A stretch of DNA of 64,000 nucleotides, taken from positions 62,001 to 126,000 of the forward strand of contig MCFE01000031.1 of assembly GCA_002104905.1 (NCBI GenBank), in the 5' to 3' direction. The DNA comes from Basidiobolus meristosporus CBS 931.73 (Eukaryota > Fungi > Basidiobolomycota). A model generated the notes under the pieces. It was given only the letters and a program-made list of their open reading frames with translations, was not told where the DNA came from and ran no database searches. Position numbers and translations under genes: made by a program. This document shows positions 1 to 12,600 of the stretch, in pieces; within the stretch, counting starts at the first letter, position 1; each line of letters opens with the position of its first letter.

Positions 1-2
1 GC

Positions 3-2037
3 TTGGGTGGACCATCGCTGTGCATCTACAAGCGCATGATCAACAAGATCTACGGGAAAGAGCAAGGGGCCGCAGTAATTGACGCAGTCCACAATAGCCC
101 AGCAATTGCTGTGCCGGTGGTTCTGAAGCGATTGAAGCAAAAGGATGAGGAGTGGAGACGGGCCAGACGGGAGTGGAATCGAGTCTGGCGTGAGGTGGAT
201 GTCAAGAACTTCTACAAAGCTTTGGACTATCAGAACGTGAGCTTCAAGTCCAATGACCGCAAACTGATCACTCCCAAATACCTCACCACTGAGATCGAGA
301 CTATCAAGCGAGAGCAGCGGGACCGGTACCCTCCTGACGTCAGGCCCGCCTACCAGTTCGAGTTTCAGTTTGATGATCCCGAAGTATTCCGTGATATCAC
401 TCGAATCCTGTTCTCTTCTCTAGGGAAGCAGGGCGGGTTCTCCAATTCCGACAAAGAGTGCATCGAGAGCTTCATCAAGGACTTCATCAGGGAATTCTTC
501 GGTTTGGAGAAGATCGAGCATGAGCGAATTGAAGACAATGACGACGCCAGCAGTGTTCACACCGATGATACTGATAACGAATCCCGGGCTTCGGAGGACG
601 AGGATTCCATGAGCTCACAGCAGGACAGTGACGAGCAGAAAGAGAGAGAGAAAGAGACCTTGGCCAACGGTGTGGAGAAATCGACCCCGCCAGAGAGTAT
701 GGACACCGACTCTGAAGGTGCCCATGCTGACAATGAAGAATCAATCACATCCGCTGCTTCTTCACCACAGGCTAGATCTGTTGAAGACAACACTGCTGAC
801 AATAAGGTGGATGCAAAGGAGACTGACTCGGGGCTGGCAAAACCAAGCACCCCAAGCAAAGACGAGTCCCGCCAGCCGGCCACCTGGATTCAAATCAAAA
901 CGCCAAAAATCGAACCCAGGCGGAAAACATCGTTCAACTTCTACGGGAGCAATGTGTTTTATGTTTTCTTCCGGCTGTACCAGCTACTCTATTCGCGAGT
1001 GGAATCAGTCAAGGATAAAGCTGACAAGGTCCCGAGAAAGGTTCCTCATTCCGAAACCAAATCTGTGGCTGGCTCCCTGTCACTCCGGCATCGAGTAGCT
1101 GTGTTGGGAGACATGGATTATGCCAACGCAGACTACTACCAAGAATTCCTTGATCTTGTCGATCGTCTGTTCGATGGAGAGATCGATCAACAGGCCTACG
1201 AGGAAGGAATGCGGTACCTATTCGGAATCCACGCCTACGTGGTGTTCACCATCGATAAGCTTGTTAATGGCCATTCTGCGTCAGATCCAAACCATCGTAC
1301 TAGAGCCCAAGTGCAAAGACTTGATTGATCTGTTCACCAAGGAAAACCACTCCGACACCACCAGTTTCAGGCAACAGATGATGTATCGCTCGAAAGCAGA
1401 GAATGTCATCGACAGCGAGGAGAGCCTGTACCGGATCGAATGTGTGCATAGCAAGAACACTGTCATGATCCAGCTCCTCAACCGCGAGGACACAGTTCTC
1501 GATTCAGCGGTGTCACTGGAGGAAAAGTGGTCCATGTATATTGACAGCTATGTTCTGCTCACGCCCACCAAGGATGTTGTCCAACCCGAAAACAAGCCAT
1601 TCCTGGTGAGAAATAGGCCATCGAACCTGCCGGAGGAGTTGCCGCAGGATGCAATCATGCACAGCGGTCTGGAGTTGAAGATATGCGTCAACACGCTGAA
1701 AACCTATTTCGTGGCCAACACCGAGGATTACTTCCAGCGCAGAAGAAAGCCCGTCTCTGAGAGCGACCTAGAGAATACCAAGCGGAAAAAGCACCAGAAA
1801 TGGCGGAAGTGGCTGGATGGTGACCTGGGGTGGTCACGTGGAAAGCCCCGAGATGAGCTGGAAAAGAAATGCGAGCAATGGTTCACGGGAAAATCCCTCG
1901 ACCTGAAGGACTTGACGACGGTCAAGGAGGATGTCAAGACCCAGTCGTTGGAGTACAGAATCTTCGAAACACCCAAGCAAGATCCGGCAAGTTCCAATAG
2001 CAATCCAGAGGCTGCTGAGGAGCGCAATCAAGCGTAA
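3..2037 (+). CDS. SIN3: Sin3 histone-deacetylase co-repressor, C-terminal part (5'-partial); frame break at ~1260-1266
   Basis: ORF 3-1328 has Sin3 HID-type motifs (AIAVPVVLKRLKQKDEEWRR, NFYKALDYQ, FYGSNVFYVFFRLYQLLY, FTIDKL). ORF 1120-2037 continues in the +1 frame with the Sin3 C-terminal region (AILRQIQTIV, YRSKAENVI, WSMYIDSY, GLELKICVNTLK, EDYF). Confidence 0.9.
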
Positions 2038-2382
2038 TCATGGCCTTGTCTATCTAGATATTTTGAGAGTATCGTTGTTGTATTCGCTTGTTGATAGTGT
2101 ATCTTTCTTGTCACTAGTTTTTGATTTACATAGTCTGCTGTTCCTCTGTTGCTATTAGCTTTAGATTGATGTATTTTTTCGTTTCTTGACTAATAAAGCT
2201 CTTTTGGGTATCCTACGGATGCTTGCGCTACGGATGCTTGCGCTGTGCTCTATATCCTCCGATCAGGGATGATCAGCCATTTCCCTGATCATTGGATCAA
2301 TCAGAGGTGATGAGATGGCCATGTGGATCGAGCTCTGCTATTCCTTCACTTCCTTACCTCTACTCCCTCTCGACTAGCTGAG

Positions 2383-4171
2383 ATGAGTACACGCACCCAA
2401 CGGGACAACAAAAAGCAGATTGCAAAACATGAAGAGATCTTGAAGGCGCTGGTGAAGCAACCAGGCAACTCCACGTGTGCCGATTGTGGTGCCTCTGGTA
2501 AATACTTTCCACTTGTATTTCGATCTACTATCTTGTTAAATCTTTCCGTTCCTCGGGATGTTCCTAAGGACCCCGCTGGGCTTCCCATAATCTGGGTGTA
2601 TTTTTGTGCATCAAGTGCGCAGGGTTTCATCGCCGAATGGGCACTCACATCTCTAAAGTGAAATCCATCAACTTGGATACATGGACTCCTGAGCAACTCG
2701 AGGTAGCGCACCGTACTCCCGTCTTGTCACAAGTACCCATCGATTTACCGTTGGCTCCATTCCTATAGAACATGACAAAGCTCGGAAACCTTAAGGTTAA
2801 TGCCATCTACAATCCCCATCCAGAAAGACATCCCCCGCCATCCGAAGAAAGGTAAGAAAGGTTTTTCTCACAATTAACGTACCCAAAGCTTATCCACTCC
2901 CCTCACCTCATCCCCGAAGACGCTTGGAGACATATATTCGAAACAAATACGAATACAAGTCATTCATGAGTTCCGACCAGAGAGATTCCGTCGCGGTAAG
3001 CTATGACCTCTCCTCTCCAAAGGAATTCTGGATTTACTCATTACTATCCGCTGCCTGGTTTACAGCAAGAGCCTGTAGTGCGTGCCTCAGAATCCAGGGA
3101 ATCCAGAGCGCTAGCCCAACTTGAGAGTATGGGATTCGTGGATATGAACCGTAATCGCCAAGTCTTGGCAAGAACAGATATGAATGTTGATGCTGCAGTA
3201 GAGATTTTGTGCTCCTTGCCGCCCTCCACCAAGAATGACAATTCGAATATTACCCAGCTTCAGACTATGGGTTTCGATGATGTCGCCAAGAACAAGGAGG
3301 CGTTGAAGAAGGCCAACGGTTCGGTTGAGAGAGCCATCGAGCTCCTTTTAGCGGAGCGTAAGAAAACTGAATCGGCTAAGAAGAAGAACGATTTGGACCT
3401 CCTCGCTGACGACTCTTTCGGAGACTTCAACGATTTCAATGACTCCAGCTCACAAGACCTATGGACCATCCCAACCCAGACCTCAAAATCTACCGCGTCA
3501 ACCACTACAAATTCTTTCGGCTCTTTCCCGGCGCCTCCTGGTACCCAGAGCACGCCAGTTAACGCAGCACCCAAGTCAACCGAGCAAAGCTTAGAAGCGA
3601 CATTCGGGGATTTGGATATCAATTCGTCAGGTATTTCATCTACTTGATGCTAGCTTCTTGTGTCCAATCTAACCATGCATTAGCCAACAAATCCCCACAA
3701 CATTTCGATAAAAACTCGATCCTCTCGTTGTATCAACAAACCGCAAGACCAGGCCCTGCTCAAGGCGGATTTGGTTTTGGAATGACTGCCAACACTCAGT
3801 CCCCTCCAGCACAACAACTACAGCAGCAGCAGCAGCAGCAACAACAACAACAACAACCCGCCAACTTTGGAGCATTTGGAAATGATATGATGGGGTTGAA
3901 TTTTGGGGGCTCTCCGATGCCACCAGTATCCGGCTCATCTACCATCCCAGCCAGCAACCCCACCACCACATCTCCCAAACCCAACTCGCAAAACGACAAG
4001 TTTTCTGCGTTTGATTCGCTGAACCCACTCGCCTCCTCCTCCTTTCTCAGCAGCCTGAACAAGAAGGATACGCACACCAGCGGCAACACCATGAAACCTA
4101 ATCTCTCAAGCACCAACCAGCCAGCAGGAAAGAAGAACTCCCTATTGGACGAGTTTGATTTGCTCTCTTAA
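2383..4171 (+). CDS. ArfGAP zinc-finger protein with two UBA domains and a poly-Q tail (Gts1/SMAP-like), about 486 aa
   Basis: GT-AG exons 2383-2497, 2569-2702, 2769-2851, 2920-2995, 3066-3630 and 3684-4171 join in frame (1461 nt). They give [43 protein letters not shown] (ArfGAP), two MGF...NxxA(V/I)E UBA motifs, DKNSILSLY and a terminal DLL. Confidence 0.88.
3812..3856 (+). repeat. CAG/CAA trinucleotide repeat encoding poly-Gln
   Basis: caacaacta(cag)7(caa)n within the last ArfGAP exon. Confidence 0.9.
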
Positions 4172-4376
4172 TTCAATAAAATCCACCGCCACTCATGCAC
4201 ACCACAACCACTTCTATGCTTTTTATTCGGTCAATTAGCGGGGGAAATTCACTAGCAAATTCGGGATACCAAAACGATTGGCGGGTAGGATAAATGCAAC
4301 GAAAGCTGCGGTGTATATTCATACATATTAGGTGATCCACGATATCGCGTTCATTAAACTACACGTGTCTTCCGAT

Positions 4377-6008
4377 TTACTCGGAGTCCTCCTCGTCTTC
4401 CTTCTTCACAACACGACGACTGGCGGTGCTCTTCTCACCCTTGACGACCTTCTCGTCCTCGGACTTCTCCGAGGAGTTTGGCTCGTCGGACTTCTTGTGA
4501 GGAGCAACAGGGGCCTTAGGCGAGGAGGAGAACAAGCCGGAGATAAGAAGGAGAATACTGCCAGCAGCAGCGGCCAAACCACCTGCGACGTAGGGCATCT
4601 CTTTAGCAGCGGCGACCGGGTCCGCCTTGGCGGCGGCGATGAATTTGTTGACGTGATGGGTGACGAATTTGATGGGTTCCTCGGTGGTGGGCTCGTCGGC
4701 GTTGAGGTCGGGCTTGGGGGCGTCCTTCTCTTCGGCGGCCTTCTCGATCTCGTTCTTCACGGCCCAGGTCTGCTCGGCGATCTTGTGCGCCTCGTCCTCG
4801 GAGTGACCGACATAGATGTTGTCGAAAAGAATGTCATTCTGCATGGTCCAGAGTTCGAAACCGATGCCGGAGATGGGCTCGAAGTAGGATGGGTGAGCAT
4901 CCTCGAAGTGGTTGGGGTTGGGGATCTTGCGGGGTGCCCATTCTCCCTTGTAGGCGGGGTTGTCAATCATGGGTGGATACCACTTGCCCTTGTAAGCGGG
5001 GTTTTTCTTCATGGGCTTGGTCCATGGACCACATCCAGCGGCATTTTCACACTTGGGGTTGGGAACTTGGGGAGAAATCCATTCACCGTCCTCCTCATCA
5101 TCCCAATCCTCTGGCTTCTCCGCCTCAGGATCAGGGATGGTTTCGGGCTCATTCTCGTACCAATCATCGGGCTTGGTGGCATCTTGGTCAACGATCTCCA
5201 TGGGAGCGTCCTCATCCCAATCACTGGGCTTCTTGGCATCGGGATCAGGGATCTTTGGGTCATCGACCCAGTCGGAAGGCTTCTTGTCCTCGGGGTCGTC
5301 GATCTCCTTGGGTGGGTTGACGGCGGGTTCGAAGTTCTCCAGAAGGTTGCCCTTGTTTTCGGTGTAGTCGTTGATCTTGATTTCGTAGGTATTGTCAGGT
5401 CTCACCACCAAGGTGTAGAGGGTGCTCAGCTTGGTGATTCTGGAGATGGGGGCACCGGCAAGGTGCTTCTCTTCGTATTCGCCAGTGATGGGGTTCTTGT
5501 GGCGGAAGATGAAATGAACTTTGTTGGTGGCGCCACACTTGTCGGGGCCGAACATGATGGTGTAGGGGGTCTTGTCGTCGAATTCTTTGTACTTGATACC
5601 CTGGTCGGACTGGGTGAGCAGCTTCAAGTAAGCGCCACCACATTCAAGGCCGTTCTGCATCTTCACCTCGTATTGAACCACGAGTGTCTTGTCTTTGTTA
5701 TCGAGTGGCTCCTCAAAGGAAGCAGAGATGGCGTGGTGGGAAGCGGCACTCTTAACGACCAGACCCTTGTCACCACTCAAGGCAGGGTATACTGTAGGCT
5801 CCTCAACCTTCCATTGGCCGTTGTAACGAAACTCTTCGTTCTTTACCGCTTCGCTGGCTTGCCAACGCTTACCCCAGTCCTCAGTGAACTGCTCCCAGAA
5901 GGGGGCCTTGACTTCAAGAGGCTTAAACAAAGGGCGCTCTACATCGTCGGCCAGAACGAGGCTTCCGGCTAGAGAGGCGATGAGAAGGAGGGATAATGGA
6001 CGAGTCAT
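4377..6008 (-). CDS. cnx1: Calnexin (ER lectin chaperone), intronless
   Basis: Signal peptide [20 protein letters not shown] from the likely ATG at 6008 (the ORF track extends to 6092). Also [26 protein letters not shown]-domain repeats KPxDWD / GxWxPPxIxNP, IGFELWTM and a C-terminal TM helix. Confidence 0.95.
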   Translation of the reverse strand: MTRPLSLLLIASLAGSLVLADDVERPLFKPLEVKAPFWEQFTEDWGKRWQASEAVKNEEFRYNGQWKVEEPTVYPALSGDKGLVVKSAASHHAISASFEEPLDNKDKTLVVQYEVKMQNGLECGGAYLKLLTQSDQGIKYKEFDDKTPYTIMFGPDKCGATNKVHFIFRHKNPITGEYEEKHLAGAPISRITKLSTLYTLVVRPDNTYEIKINDYTENKGNLLENFEPAVNPPKEIDDPEDKKPSDWVDDPKIPDPDAKKPSDWDEDAPMEIVDQDATKPDDWYENEPETIPDPEAEKPEDWDDEEDGEWISPQVPNPKCENAAGCGPWTKPMKKNPAYKGKWYPPMIDNPAYKGEWAPRKIPNPNHFEDAHPSYFEPISGIGFELWTMQNDILFDNIYVGHSEDEAHKIAEQTWAVKNEIEKAAEEKDAPKPDLNADEPTTEEPIKFVTHHVNKFIAAAKADPVAAAKEMPYVAGGLAAAAGSILLLISGLFSSSPKAPVAPHKKSDEPNSSEKSEDEKVVKGEKSTASRRVVKKEDEEDSE

Positions 6009-6138
6009 AAGGAGGAAAAATGGAACTGAACAGAGAGAAGCGAATGTTGAAGTAAATAAAGGTAATGCGTGATATAAATTCCGCCTGGCCATGGCCCATA
6101 ACAGTCTGGCAGCCGATGACTGGCCAAATTAGAGTGAA

Positions 6139-6708
6139 TTGATTTTATGCGTTGTTACAGAGATCCTGAGATTTATCACCAATCAGGTACGAAGTCTCAT
6201 GGAGCAATTCAATCATGTCCCAACCCACTTCTCCTGCCCATTTGGACGTGGATGCTTTGTATTGGCTATCCCCGCGTCCAGCAACAAAGCCACTCAATCC
6301 CACCACAGGACCTTGGAAGTAAAGCCTGGTTACCTGCTCGCCTGTTGGGTTGCTGAAGCGTTGGCTGGTGGCTGGTATTCTCCACAATTGCCAATGCAAA
6401 TCCCTGCCTTGGCTTTGATCTCCAGGATTGTTTAGCAAGCCAAATCCAGTGAAATCCTCCATTCGCTGAAGCTACATGGAGCGTATAGTTGGTGGATGAT
6501 AATCCGGGGCACTTCATACTTATTGCAGCACGAGGTGGCCTGGAAGGAGGTATTGCAAATCAAATAGATCAAGCATTTGAGCCGAGTTCAATCTGGTCCA
6601 GTCAGATATAGTCAGGTTATGTCGCGTATTGGATTAAACATTCAGAAACAGACCGTGAAGTGGTTGGACACCATGGTGAAGCAGGTGAGGGTTAGGGCTC
6701 AGCTGTGA
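6139..6708 (+). pseudogene. Possible decayed ORF of unknown identity (about 190 codons, two in-frame TAG)
   Basis: One frame runs 6139-6708, interrupted only by TAG at 6433-6435 and 6565-6567. No family recognised. Confidence 0.3.
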
Positions 6709-6919
6709 GTAACTGTGAAATCATAAGTACAACTACGGTGCTGATACTAATCTTTCATTGCATAGCACAATATTTAAATTGATCAATCATGAAATTGAAT
6801 TTGCTTGGCATATGAATTCATCTCACATCATTAATTTTGGCTTGGGCAGTGTTGCCCAAAGTTTAGTTTTGGAATCATCTCAACTTGGAAGTGGCTTGGA
6901 GTGCCAGATGGCTTGAATA

Positions 6920-7625
6920 TGTAAATTTCAAAATTACACCTAAATACTTTATTAACTAAATCACTTGGATCTTAATCTATGAATCTTAGAATATCTTGCC
7001 CAAATCCGCAATTAGGGTTTTCTTGGAACATTATAGCAAAATATCAGGTACTCAGGACATGAAAATTTTGTAACTACACCTACATGCTCCATTAGCTTGG
7101 TTGCTTAAATCATAATCTAGGAGTCTTAGAATATCATTCTTAAACTCTGTCAGAATTTATTTGGAATATTTTGTCCAAACATTAAGTACTCAAGACATGA
7201 AAAGTCTCAAAGCTGCTCAAGGGGCCCTAATCTTTGCACATGCACTCTTTGAATCTTCTTATGCCTACTCTATGTACTTATTATCCCTAAGAAAAAAAGT
7301 TATGAAATGGTCTGCAGAATACCAGTAAAATATCAGCTGAAATCCAACTTTCCCAAAAGTGATGACTCTTGATGTATCAGGTACTAGGATCTCAGCAGAC
7401 AATTTGATATCCTTTCCAGAGGAGAATTAGGCCAACTACCACTCATACCAAATTTGTTAATCTGCTGCTCATTACTTCCACAAAAAATTGCATCTGTGAA
7501 TTTGAAGCAGAAACACCAGCAGAATACCAGATAAAATTCAATGAATTTCAACTTTGAGATTTCTCATAGGGCTATGCTAATACCATATCAGGTAGTGACG
7601 CCACTTTTACATCAACAAATCCTAA
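6920..7625 (+). mobile_element. Old relic of a copia-A-like LTR, with an internal duplication and an insertion at 7285-7571
   Basis: Blocks resembling LTR-A (cacctaaata, ggtactcaggacatgaaa, ctttgcacat, gcctactctatg, cttttacat); similarity resumes after 7571. Confidence 0.45.
7285..7571. mobile_element. Putative 287-bp MITE with CCCTA-type ends
   Basis: Begins CCCTAAGAAAA and ends TTTCTCATAGGG, matching the CACTA-like TIR. It interrupts the LTR relic. No clean 3-bp TSD (ttat / ctat). Confidence 0.4.
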
Positions 7626-7693
7626 TGTGAGTACTGTTGCAGGACTATGGGGAGTACTGCAAGTATGTATAGGAGCTAGAAGAATTGCATGAT

Positions 7694-8501
7694 CTCTATA
7701 AAAAGTAATTTAGTTCTGCAGGTGGATCCTGTCCAGATCAGCCATCAAGCAAGGTCCAATATTCTGTGCACACTAAGCAAGATGGAGTAGAGAAGAGATG
7801 TATTAGTGGCAGAGATATATATGCTCAGCTTTATGCCTGCAGAATATCTGCTCAAATCAATCATAAACTCCTTGCATAAAAGCTGTAAATGCATCAAGTT
7901 GGCATTTGTGATCTGCATCTGGATAAATATTCCTACAATGTCAACATATGACTCCCAATGCTTCAAATGTACTCAGAGTAAAAGTTGCTACAGAAGGTCA
8001 CTTGACTAAATACATATCCAGTTCATCCAGCCCTTGCATTTATATTGTTACATATATGTATGAATATGGATTGAAGCTTGTAAGAAATTAATTGGCTATT
8101 GGATATGCTGTAATATCTTGCCAACTCCTTCAAATTTCTCCAGTATATTAAAGATTTCATTCAGCTTAAAATGCTCCATGTACAACTTGGTCATCAATAT
8201 AGGGTTATTGCTGAAGAGCAAATCCATTGCTCCCAGTGAAAAGCATTTGTTCCAGCAGATTCCCTCTGTTTAAGTATATCTGGTTTTTGATTATATACCA
8301 TATTTTGGCCAGCTTATAGCTTGCCAGCTTTACTGCAATACATGCCAACTTCTGTACATTCTCTCTGTGGGAAGATAATGTCTGTAGTATCAGTGTCTAG
8401 ATAATAATAATGTGTGTGAGTTATGGAGTAAATCTCCTGGATTTCACACACTTAACAGCTATGCTGTCCATTGTGTCCAGAAAAGCCAGCTATCTTGCAG
8501 A
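7694..8501 (-). mobile_element. Inverted, internally deleted CACTA-like fragment (right TIR plus part of the transposase)
   Basis: Reverse complement matches 19290-20050 (KIAGFSGHNG..C*VCEIQG, MKHWESYV..), fused directly to the subterminal 21180-21232 segment. Degenerate TIR ctctataaaaagtaatt at 7694. Confidence 0.8.
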
Positions 8502-9569
8502 CCCTATGAAAAATAATTGTGATGATCCTGTCAAAAGGCCATCACAGAGTTTAAATCCTCTGACTAGGAGGTATTGGTGCCATTAGGGCACTGTACAAAG
8601 ACCATCTAGAAAAAATTGCACCCCAGATTTAACAAAAAACCTAGTCAAGAATTCTCATCACAATAATACTTTGGTGGCTTTTGATTGGTTCTCCACCAAC
8701 TGTCTCACTTTCTTATCCCAGACCCTCAACCACCTCCATATTCATGTACATTGATTGGCTATTACCTTTTTCTTGCACTTGTTACATCCTGAATCAAATG
8801 ATGTTCTTACTTTTCATTCATACAAATTAGTTTATTTCCTTTCAATCTTCAGTTGTACCTCAACTTAAACTGTATTGACATATACAAGCCCTATACCCAG
8901 CACTGACTTTAAGCCCAACCTCACACTCAACAAGTGGCTCCATTAATATCTACCATTCAATAAGTATATCTGCCAAAAAACCCTTTTTCCATGACTTTGG
9001 TTGGAACCCCACAGCTTTATGCTATTGTTCATTCACTGGTCCCCACATGTCCTGGTCTTCAGCTGGCACTGCAAGGTCCAGCACATCATCTGCCAGTCTC
9101 TGCAATAAATCCTGCATTATTCAAGTGTGTTTTCTTGAGCACTGCTCTTGAAGAAGTGCTGCACCTTTTGCTGTGCCTGTTAATTCCCCAAAACTCCACT
9201 GTAGACATTGTGATAGTCTTTAAATATCTTGGTGTTGTTGCTTTGTCTATTAGTGGGATCTCCACTCTGTCTACAATGGAGGACATGGAGGCAGTGGTAG
9301 ACAAATTTCTTTTCTCTGCAAGCTCATCTACCTCACTGAAGTGTAGCTCAACTGGCTGTGCTTCCAACCCTGGACAAAATAGCTTTTGTATTGGTAGTAA
9401 TTCTTCTTGGCTATGATGGGATATGGCCTGTTATGGGCTTAAGGGATTAATAGGCAAGAACTGCACCTTTTTTCTCACATGTCCTGTATGTGGCTTGGGC
9501 AGACTTTTATAAATACTCTTCCAGCTACTTTGATGCTTTGTTGATGCTTGTTTAAAGCTTTGGCCCTGC
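8502..9569. mobile_element. Older CACTA-like copy, left part (continues at 21233-21461)
   Basis: Starts CCCTATGAAAAATAATTGTGATGATCC and carries the accessory-ORF homologue (9086-9367, -). The sequence on either side of the 9570-21232 insertion is collinear with 15370-15515 + 16248-16385. Confidence 0.8.
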
Positions 9570-9678
9570 CCCTATGAAAAATTATTGTGATGATCCCATT
9601 AAAAGGCCATCACAAAGTTAATTTCCGTGACTAAGAGGTACTGATCCCATTGGGACACCATCTAGAGACAGTTTAAAA

Positions 9679-12600
9679 TGTTGTAGAAAATTTGTAATTC
9701 CACCTAAATATTCACCTAACTTGGTCACTTAGACCATCACCTTCAAATCCTAACAAATATTGACCAAATTCCTTGTCAGGATTTACTTAAAATATTTTTA
9801 CCAAAATACTAGGTACCCAGAACATGAAAGTTCTCAAAGTTGTCCAAACAGCCCCAAACTTTGTACACATGCTCTTGGGATCTTCCTTGGCCTATTCTAT
9901 GTTTTTGCTATACCAAGATCATGTTAAAGTATAAATAATACTTTCACATTCAATAAATCATTAAATGAAAACCACATAAGCTACTTGTCCTCCCAATCAC
10001 TTCCAATACCTCCAAGACTCTTACAGCAGGTTATGAGCCCCAAGCTGTCACTCTCTGCAATATCTACTACTGCTGTTACTGGAATTTTTCTCACTACTGA
10101 AAAGTTGGATGTATCTAACTACCAAGTGTGGAAGGTGAATATGAGCATGATGCTACAAGAAAGAGGCCTTTGGGATATTGTCATGGGAGAAGAATGCCCT
10201 CCTAAAAACATGGGAGAGGAAGCCTTAAAGTACCAGAAGAAAGAACAAAATGCCTTTAACTGCATTTGCCTTAATGTTAAAGACAAATTGCTAATTCAAT
10301 GCTCAAGAGCAAAAACAGCAAAGAATGCCTGGAAGGCATTAGAAGACACCTACCAGTCATGTTCAGCTGCTAAGGAAATGTATCTGAGATAAAATTCTTT
10401 ACTACAAAGATACAGCCAGGAGAAGAAATGAAAAATCTAATTAACAGAATTACCCTGTTGGTATATGAGATGGAATCTGTGGGTGCATTAACCACTGATG
10501 AGGATGTGATAGTTACCATCCTGAATAGCCTGACAGACATGTTTCAGGGTCTTGTATCAGCCCTAGAGTCCAGAACTGAAGATTTGACCTTAAATTACGT
10601 ATATGGAAGGCTCCTGGATGAAGAATTAAGAAAATCAAGCGCCAATAAGAAGGAAGAAGAAAATGCTTTATTAAGCAATGATAACCAACAACAGAGGTAC
10701 CCAAGACCCTACAAAGACAACAGCAACCTGTTTTGCAACTACTGCAAAAGGAAAGGACACACATCAGACTGGTGTCCCAAAAAGAGAGATAATCAGCAAT
10801 AGAAGCCTGAAAATGGAAATGCTGCAACAACTGAAGATAGACTATTCATATCTGCAATAGGTATGACAACAAACATGGATTCTCAGGCATGGTATATTGA
10901 CTCTGGAGCATCTTAACACTTTACACACCAAAAAGAACTTTTTACCCAATATCAAGAAATTCCAATTAAAAAGGCTTTCATGGGTGAGAATAGAACACTT
11001 GACGCAGTGGGAGAAGGAACTATCCAAGTAAACCTTAGAAGCAGTGAAGGAAGCCATACACTGACCTTTTAAGAAGTACTCTATGTACCAGAAATAGCCA
11101 AGAACCTACTATCTGTAAGCAAGGCCACCTCAGAAGGACTCAGTTTCAACTTTCCCAAATCTGGATGCAAGATCACTGATCAAAATGGTGCCCATATTGC
11201 TTCAGGTATCAGAGATCAGAATCTATACAAGTTGAGTTATATTCCATCATATTTGGAAGCCAGTATAAGTAGCTTAAATGTAGAAACACCAATGCTTTGG
11301 CACAGGAGATTTGGGCACATCAATTTTGACTATTTGTGCAAAATGATCAAAGATCAGCTAATTTCCGGAGTAAAAATTGATTCCCCAGCTAATTTGGAGC
11401 ACTGTGAAGCCTGCATACATGGGAACAAGCCAGACAACTGTTCAAGAGCTCTAGGTTAATCAAAACTAAGGAAAAATTAGATCTAATTCACTCAGATCTG
11501 TGTGGACCTATGCAAAATTTATCCTTAGGCAGGATGAAGTATTTAATCACTTCTGTTGATGATTATACAAGATAAACATGGGTCTACTTCATGGAGAGAA
11601 GGGAAGAAGCTCTGTCTAAGCTCAGGGAGCTTAAAGCTATGGTGCAGAGAGAAACTGGTGAAAAAATCAAGTTAGTACACTCTCAAAATGGTGGAGAATA
11701 TACCTCAAACTCTTCATTTACTTCTGCAAAATTCATGGAATAAAGCAAGAGACTATTGTACCATACTCCCCACAGCAGAATGGAGTAGCAGAATGTGCAA
11801 ACAGAGCAATAACTGATATGGCAAGATCTATGATCCATGATCAAGAATTATCTTATGATTTTTGGGTGGAATCAGTTGCTACAGCTGTATACATTAGAAA
11901 TAGTAGTCATAACAGAATACTTTGTGATTCTACTCCATTTGAAGCACTGTATGGATACAGACCAAATGCAGAACATCTAAGAATATTTGGGTGTACAGCA
12001 TATGCCAAGAAACTGCCCAGAAATCAGTCAAAATATGAGCCAAAAAGTGTAAAATGCATATTTTTGGGCTACTGCAATGCAAGTAAAGCATACAGACTCT
12101 ACAATACAAAAGCAAAGAAGCTAATCAAGTCCAGGGATGTGTTGTTTGATGAAAAGTCAGAATTCTCACAAAAAATGACATCGGATGATGACAAAAATCT
12201 GATCTCTTGTCCACCAATTGTTAAGATTGAATCAGAGCAAAACAATGAAAATTTCTTCACTCCAGAGGGCTCTACAACTGTGGTTCAGCCTGAATCTGTG
12301 CCCAGAAATATCCCAGAAGTGATTATTCCAGTATCAAATGCCCAGAGATCCAATTGGACAAGAAATAGCCCAAACTACTATATCAATGAGGGTACAAACT
12401 TAGCCTATGCCTATTCAGTCCATATTGATGAGCCCCAGACCGTAAAAGAGCCCCTGAATAGCCCTCAGACAAAGTTTTGGAGATCTGCAATGACTGAGGA
12501 ATATCAGGCCCTGATGGAAAATCAAACTTGGGACTTAGTCAAATTACTAATCAGCCAAAAATTGATTGGATGCAGAAAGGTCTTCTAGAAAAAATACAAG

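Noticed and set aside
3669-4116. Poly-Cys and poly-Val/Ala ORFs on the minus strand
   Set aside because: Alternative-frame readings of the CAG/CAA poly-Q repeat.
4332-5972. 546-aa plus-strand ORF
   Set aside because: Antisense shadow of calnexin produced by codon bias; no recognisable motif.
6009-6092. N-terminal extension MARRNL.. of the calnexin ORF
   Set aside because: Starts at a non-ATG codon; the ATG at 6008 directly yields a typical signal peptide.
6688-6698. gggttaggg telomere-like motif
   Set aside because: Single unit, not an array.
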